DNA from: Candidatus Brocadia sp.
GTDB lineage: Bacteria; Planctomycetota; Brocadiia; Brocadiales; Brocadiaceae
Assembly (NCBI GenBank): GCA_021650915.1
Contig: CP091279.1
Span: forward strand, 2,790,001 to 2,822,000
Direction of reading: 5' to 3'
Length of the DNA stretch: 32,000 nucleotides
The notes beneath the pieces were generated by a model, which saw only the letters and a list, made by a program, of their open reading frames with translations, searched no databases and was not told the origin of the DNA. The translations under genes were made by a program, and so were the position numbers. The stretch's first letter is position 1. Each line of letters starts with the position of its first letter. This document shows positions 28,031 to 32,000 of this stretch, in pieces.

Positions 28031-28381
28031 TTACATTCCCCCTAAAAGCCCCTGCATGCCGGGTATATTTAATCCGCCGGTAAGTTTCCCCATCTCAGAT
28101 TGATACAATTCCTGCGATTTTTTAAGCGCCTGAGAAACCGCCGAAAGGATAAGATCTTCGAGCATCTGAACGTCTTGGGGATCTACGACCTCGGGGTCGA
28201 TCTTAATGGAGAGAATTTCCTGTTTTCCATTCATGTGTACCGTAACCATCCCACCGCCGGAACTGGCCTCTACGACGCGTTCCTTTAAATCATTTTGGAC
28301 CTCTTCCATCTGTTTTTGCATCTTTTGCGCCTGTTTCTGCGCCTGTTTCATCATTTCCGCAATATTGCCAAAACCTTTCAT
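28031..28381 (-). CDS. ybaB: nucleoid-associated protein YbaB/EbfC
   Basis: 116 aa. The N-terminus ([25 protein letters not shown]) and the [10 protein letters not shown] core are typical of YbaB. The dnaX-ybaB-recR order is conserved. Confidence 0.9.
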   Translation of the reverse strand: MKGFGNIAEMMKQAQKQAQKMQKQMEEVQNDLKERVVEASSGGGMVTVHMNGKQEILSIKIDPEVVDPQDVQMLEDLILSAVSQALKKSQELYQSEMGKLTGGLNIPGMQGLLGGM

Positions 28382-28385
28382 TGTG

Positions 28386-30062
28386 TCAACCTCCTTTTTT
28401 TATCTTAACGACATGACCACCAAAAAGACTCAAGGTTTTTTGAACTGCCGCATCAGGATGGTGCAAATCAACTGGCTGCTGGTCAGATGCATTCCTTGCT
28501 GGGGATACCGTTGCTTTACTTTTTTCAGGAATGTCGTTTTTTGATACCGTCAGCTTTAGTCTCACGTTACCCTGCATCACCTCTTTGGCACATTGTTCGA
28601 CCAGCTTTTTTTCTTCAATCTGATCAAGTTTCTCTTTATGAAAGGAACACTTGCTGGGGAATTCAATCGTGATCTCTTCGTTCTTGAACCCAATGAATCG
28701 CCCTTCCTTTAAAAGCGCCCAGGTCGATTTTTTCTTGTTCTGTATTGACAGAAGAATCTTTTCCCAAACGTCTTTTCCGTTATGCACGTCATCTCCATGA
28801 TCTCTGTTGCCTGCCAGTGGTGTGCAACATGCTCCTGCGTCGGGCTCAGAAACCATCTGCCTGGAGATGGTTTCCTGGGTGGGTGTGCCTTCCTCATTTC
28901 TCTTGGCCGGCTTGTCGTTGATGTGCACAAGCCGATCTTCTAAGGCTGCAATCCTTTCCACAATATCATATAACGAACCAACCGATTCCATGCGGCATAC
29001 CTTGATCACAGCCATTTCCAGCAAGATACGCTGTAAGAGAGAGTCGGTTGTGCGCATCCTTGCATCAGAAAATATTTGCACCATGTACATCAGGGTATCA
29101 CGGGTAAAGGAATTTCCAAATCGTTGCACCAGCGATGCATTGAACTCAACCCACTTTGTCTCCTGGCCGCACGAAGAAAAGATCAGAAGCTCCCTTATGC
29201 ATGACAGCATCTGATCAATACATTCGCCGGAAGTCTTTCCTTCACTCAAAATTTCGCTTACCGTTTTCAGGGCAGAAGGGGCATCTTTTTTGACAAAGCT
29301 ATCAAACATGCCAAGGATCTTGTCTTCATCGATGCAACCCAGAACAAAGTTTACATCTTCGGAAGATATACGATCCTTGCAAAACGATAGAATTTGATCT
29401 AAAACCGATTGAGAGTCCCGCAGTCCGCCCCTGGCATATCGTGCTATCGTATGAATAGCCGCGTCTTCCGCCTGAACTCCTTCCGTTCGGCAAATATATG
29501 CCAGACGCTTTTCAATGTCCTGCGCAGAAATATTCCTGAAATCAAATCTCTGACATCGGGACTGCACGGTTTCTGGGAGGCGGTTCACTGCTGTTGTGGC
29601 AAAGATGAATTTAACGTGCGATGGCGGTTCTTCAAGGGTTTTCAGAAGGGCATTAAACGCCTCACGGGTAAGCATGTGCACTTCGTCAATAATGTAAATT
29701 TTGTAACGCGCCCGGGATGGGGCATAACTTACATTTTGCCGGATATTCCGCACTTCGTCAATTCCACGGTTCGACGCGCCATCGATCTCTAAGACATCGA
29801 TGTCGTTGCCTTCAGAAATGCATCGGCAGATATCGCAGGCGTTGCAGGGGGTATCCGTCGGCCCGTGTTTGCAATTTAATGCCTTTGACAGTATCCGCGC
29901 CATGGAGGTTTTTCCAACCCCCCGCGGCCCTGCCAGCAGGTACGCATGGGCAACTCGATTGGAGCGGATTGCATTCCGGAGTGTCGTTACAACAGCATCT
30001 TGCCCTACTACGTCCTCAAACGTTTGGGGACGATATCGGCGTGCTAACACAACATATGACAT
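28386..30062 (-). CDS. dnaX: DNA polymerase III subunit gamma/tau
   Basis: 558 aa. [16 protein letters not shown], Walker [10 protein letters not shown], a Zn module (CNACDICRC), Walker [11 protein letters not shown] and the SRC motif (VQSRCQRF). Confidence 0.95.
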   Translation of the reverse strand: MSYVVLARRYRPQTFEDVVGQDAVVTTLRNAIRSNRVAHAYLLAGPRGVGKTSMARILSKALNCKHGPTDTPCNACDICRCISEGNDIDVLEIDGASNRGIDEVRNIRQNVSYAPSRARYKIYIIDEVHMLTREAFNALLKTLEEPPSHVKFIFATTAVNRLPETVQSRCQRFDFRNISAQDIEKRLAYICRTEGVQAEDAAIHTIARYARGGLRDSQSVLDQILSFCKDRISSEDVNFVLGCIDEDKILGMFDSFVKKDAPSALKTVSEILSEGKTSGECIDQMLSCIRELLIFSSCGQETKWVEFNASLVQRFGNSFTRDTLMYMVQIFSDARMRTTDSLLQRILLEMAVIKVCRMESVGSLYDIVERIAALEDRLVHINDKPAKRNEEGTPTQETISRQMVSEPDAGACCTPLAGNRDHGDDVHNGKDVWEKILLSIQNKKKSTWALLKEGRFIGFKNEEITIEFPSKCSFHKEKLDQIEEKKLVEQCAKEVMQGNVRLKLTVSKNDIPEKSKATVSPARNASDQQPVDLHHPDAAVQKTLSLFGGHVVKIKKGG

Positions 30063-30227
30063 GAGCTTTTACCTCGATAAGCGCCTATACCAAACCTTCT
30101 CTGTATTATTATACTTTTTCGTATGCTTCATATCAATATGCATTCCTTCGTCACGGCAAACAGAGCAGAAAGCGCGGCTTAAACGCGTCGTGACAGAGAT
30201 TGAGCAAAAGGCCGTGCACTTTTTTTC

Positions 30228-30408
30228 GTTCCCATTCCCATGGGTTTGCCTATGCAGTAGGCTCAGACCAGACTGACTCACGGCACATAAGGATATATGC
30301 TTATGGCTGCTTGCTTCCGCACCTGACCAGGTTCGCACAATCTCTTATTGCATGAGGTCCGGCCTTCATCACCCCTTACATCGGCAAGGCTCATGATCTG
30401 TGGGTCCT
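30228..30408 (-). ncRNA. ffs: signal recognition particle RNA (ffs/SRP RNA); ends approximate
   Basis: The minus strand at 30332-30305 reads ACCUGGUCAGGUGCGGAAGCAAGCAGCC. E. coli 4.5S domain IV reads ACCAGGUCAGGUCCGGAAGGAAGCAGCC, including the GGAA tetraloop. Flanking sequence folds into a long rod (e.g. UGUGC/GCAUA, AUAAG/CUUAU, CUCA/UGAG, UUGCC/GGCAA, CCCA/UGGG). The position just upstream of dnaX is the conserved ffs-dnaX synteny. Boundaries were set by hand-pairing only. Confidence 0.75.
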
Positions 30409-30493
30409 CGAAAAAGCGATTGATCCTGCTATAGCGGGTTGCAGGTTACAAGGAACCGCTAGCTCCCCATCTAGCACGGCCGATTTTATAAAC

Positions 30494-30586
30494 TGGCGGA
30501 GAGGGCGGGAGTCGAACCCGCGATACCGATTTTGTCGGTATACGCGCTTTCCAAGCGCGCTCATTCGGCCTCTCTGACACCTCTCC
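30494..30586 (-). tRNA. tRNA-Ser (anticodon GGA), CCA encoded
   Basis: The reverse complement gives GGAGAGG...CGCGC-TTGGAAA-GCGCG, a long variable arm (ATACCGACAAAATCGGTAT), T-arm GCGGG-TTCGACT-CCCGC, and acceptor CCTCTCC-G-CCA. Confidence 0.9.
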
Positions 30587-30836
30587 AATGCCTGTCGAAA
30601 AATGATACGATAAAATACATAGCGCGGCACAGCCGCAACCAAAAAAGCGCAACCACAAAGAACGTAAGGTTTTACACAAAGATCACAAAGTTTCCAAGAA
30701 AACCTTATAGAAAAAGGAAGTTTTTATAGAGTAATACTATAAAGACTTTACCGTTGCATGAGAAATGGGAAGGTTGCGAAGTTGGGAAATTCTTCCAGGC
30801 GCACCCTCCTCATTTCCTCGGTTTCGCTATTTTTGC

Positions 30837-30928
30837 TGGCGGAGAGGGTGGGATTCGAACCCACGTCCCGCTGTTATGCGAGAAACGGTTTTCGAGACCG
30901 TCCCGATCAACCACTCTGGCACCTCTCC
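30837..30928 (-). tRNA. tRNA-Ser (anticodon CGA), CCA encoded
   Basis: The reverse complement gives GGAGAGGTGCCAGAGTGGTTGA..., anticodon arm ACGGT-CTCGAAA-ACCGT, a long variable arm, T-arm GTGGG-TTCGAAT-CCCAC, and acceptor CCTCTCC-G-CCA. Confidence 0.9.
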
Positions 30929-30974
30929 GACTCATGCGGTTCAATTCATCCAGACCGTTTTAGCTGTCAAGGGG

Positions 30975-31445
30975 TTATTTCGTCCGGCAATTTTCCAAAA
31001 AGAACTTTTGTAACAAGTGTCTGCATTCGTTGGCAAGGACACCTGGCACAACTTCCAGGCGATGGTTGAACCTGGGCTCCTGTACAAGATTCATTACGGA
31101 GACACACGCCCCCGCCTTTTTATCCACCGTCCCGTAAACAAGGGTATGTACCCTTGACTGTACTAATGCCCCGGCACACATGGCGCAAGGTTCCAGGGTC
31201 ACATAAAGGGTTGTTCCCCGTAAACGCCAGTTTTCCAGAGAGGCGGCAGCTTGTGTTATCGCTATCATCTCGGCGTGGGCAGTGGGATCATTGAGCATTT
31301 CGCGCTGGTTATGAGCACGGGCAATAATGCGATCCTCATGAACAATTACCGCCCCCACCGGCACCTCGTTTTTTTTCACGGCCTTTTCCGCTTCTATGAT
31401 AGCCTGTCGCATGAAATATTCATGCCTTTGCACATCTGTTGCCAT
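30975..31445 (-). CDS. tadA: tRNA adenosine(34) deaminase TadA
   Basis: CDA-fold motifs HAEMIAI and PCAMCAGAL, and N-terminus MATDVQRHEYFMRQAIIEAEKA...VPVGAVIV. I chose the ATG at 31445 because the ORF-track start (31496) would run into the tRNA-Arg gene. Confidence 0.9.
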   Translation of the reverse strand: MATDVQRHEYFMRQAIIEAEKAVKKNEVPVGAVIVHEDRIIARAHNQREMLNDPTAHAEMIAITQAAASLENWRLRGTTLYVTLEPCAMCAGALVQSRVHTLVYGTVDKKAGACVSVMNLVQEPRFNHRLEVVPGVLANECRHLLQKFFLENCRTK

Positions 31446-31469
31446 AAACGTTCTGTCAGAAGAGTAAAA

Positions 31470-31543
31470 CGCGCCCAGGAGGATTTGAACCTCCAACCTC
31501 CGGATTCGTAGTCCGTGACTCTATCCAATTGAGCTATGGGCGC
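31470..31543 (-). tRNA. tRNA-Arg (anticodon ACG), no encoded CCA
   Basis: The reverse complement is GCGCCCATAGCTCAATTGGATAGAGTCACGGACTACGAATCCGGAGGTTGGAGGTTCAAATCCTCCTGGGCGCG. The anticodon loop CTACGAA (ACG) is identical to the E. coli tRNA-Arg2 loop. Confidence 0.9.
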
Positions 31544-31745
31544 TAACGATAATTCTCCGGCTTGTAAGAGCACCGTCACCGTGCCCTGAACATGGAATTC
31601 CTCAAGCGGTGCCTTTGAAACTCATCTTCACAAAATAGCGGATTCTTAAGTTAAATGCATTTAAAAGCAAAGGATTACTACTCGTGGTAGAGGCGTGTAC
31701 ATCGATAAGCAACGAAGACAAGTATAAGCATATCAAAAGTCAATG

Positions 31746-32000
31746 TCAAGACATAATCCCTTTGTCCTTAAAACTCACAAAACGCTCATTTCCGATGATA
31801 ATATGATCCAAAACCTTTATGCCAACAATATTTCCTGCCTCTAATAGCCGGTTCGTTATTTGGAGGTCTTCTTTACTGGGTTCCGGATCACCTGAAGGGT
31901 GATTATGGACAAAGACCACGGCGGCCGCAGATTCCTTAATTGCCGGATTGAACACCTCACGGGGGTGAACGATGCTTGAGGTAAGACTGCCTGCGGAGAT
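31746..32000 (-). CDS. radC: RadC-family JAB/MPN domain protein (C-terminal part; 5' end lies beyond the window)
   Basis: JAMM motif [15 protein letters not shown] followed by [16 protein letters not shown]. The reading frame stays open to position 32000. Confidence 0.85.
   Translation of the reverse strand: MSAGSLTSSIVHPREVFNPAIKESAAAVVFVHNHPSGDPEPSKEDLQITNRLLEAGNIVGIKVLDHIIIGNERFVSFKDKGIMS

Noticed and set aside
30069-30338. 89-aa minus-strand ORF and a 158-aa plus-strand ORF between dnaX and the tRNAs
   Set aside because: They overlap the SRP RNA core and the dnaX 5' region. No coding signal is apparent.
30391-31069. Several 65-103-aa ORFs (30391..30642, 30446..30679, 30532..30729, 30754..31069)
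   Set aside because: They run through the two tRNA-Ser genes or the SRP RNA flank, so the RNA genes explain the sequence.
31446-31496. N-terminal extension of tadA given in the ORF track (MEVQILLGAFYSSDRTF)
   Set aside because: It would overlap the tRNA-Arg(ACG) gene. The internal ATG at 31445 gives a canonical TadA N-terminus.

Overview
This 32-kb window looks like ordinary chromosome and holds about 40 supportable features. The left 5.5 kb carries an MsbA-like ABC exporter, rfbD, ald (convergent with rfbD, 19-bp overlap) and mtaB. Only 5.5-8.6 kb looks accessory. It starts with a membrane-anchored single-HKD PLD/Nuc-like protein abutting mtaB. An AT-rich patch follows with three toxin-antitoxin-type loci, each broken differently: a truncated mazF; a DUF433 gene with an in-frame TGA plus a truncated DUF5615 partner; and a second DUF433 gene cut off from its RBS/ATG by an A10 frameshift. 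The patch also holds an orphan 144-aa Hjc/PD-(D/E)XK-like protein. From 9.5 kb to the end every gene called is housekeeping-type and on the minus strand. In coordinate order: NirJ/AhbD-like radical SAM/SPASM enzyme, secreted PQQ-type beta-propeller, LysM protein, 1181-aa SecDF fusion, yajC, tgt, SpoIID-domain protein, queH, ruvB, ruvA, a TPR protein ending in two RNA-polymerase alpha-CTD-like modules, D-aminoacylase, small lipoprotein, rpoN, recR, ybaB, dnaX, SRP RNA, tRNA-Ser(GGA), tRNA-Ser(CGA), tadA, tRNA-Arg(ACG) and a partial radC. I saw no CRISPR array, transposase, integrase or phage gene. The items most worth a second look are the TPR-(alpha-CTD)x2 protein, the repeat-expanded SecF periplasmic domain, the decaying TA/nuclease islet with its A10 tract and shared upstream hairpin repeat, and tadA sitting 24 nt downstream of its substrate tRNA. 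I found no clearly complete novel multi-gene system, and the islet is the only candidate. The long SecDF, DUF4159 and TPR-alpha-CTD architecture suggest a Planctomycetota (possibly anammox-type) genome, but that is unverified inference. All family calls rest on motifs read by eye, with no database search.
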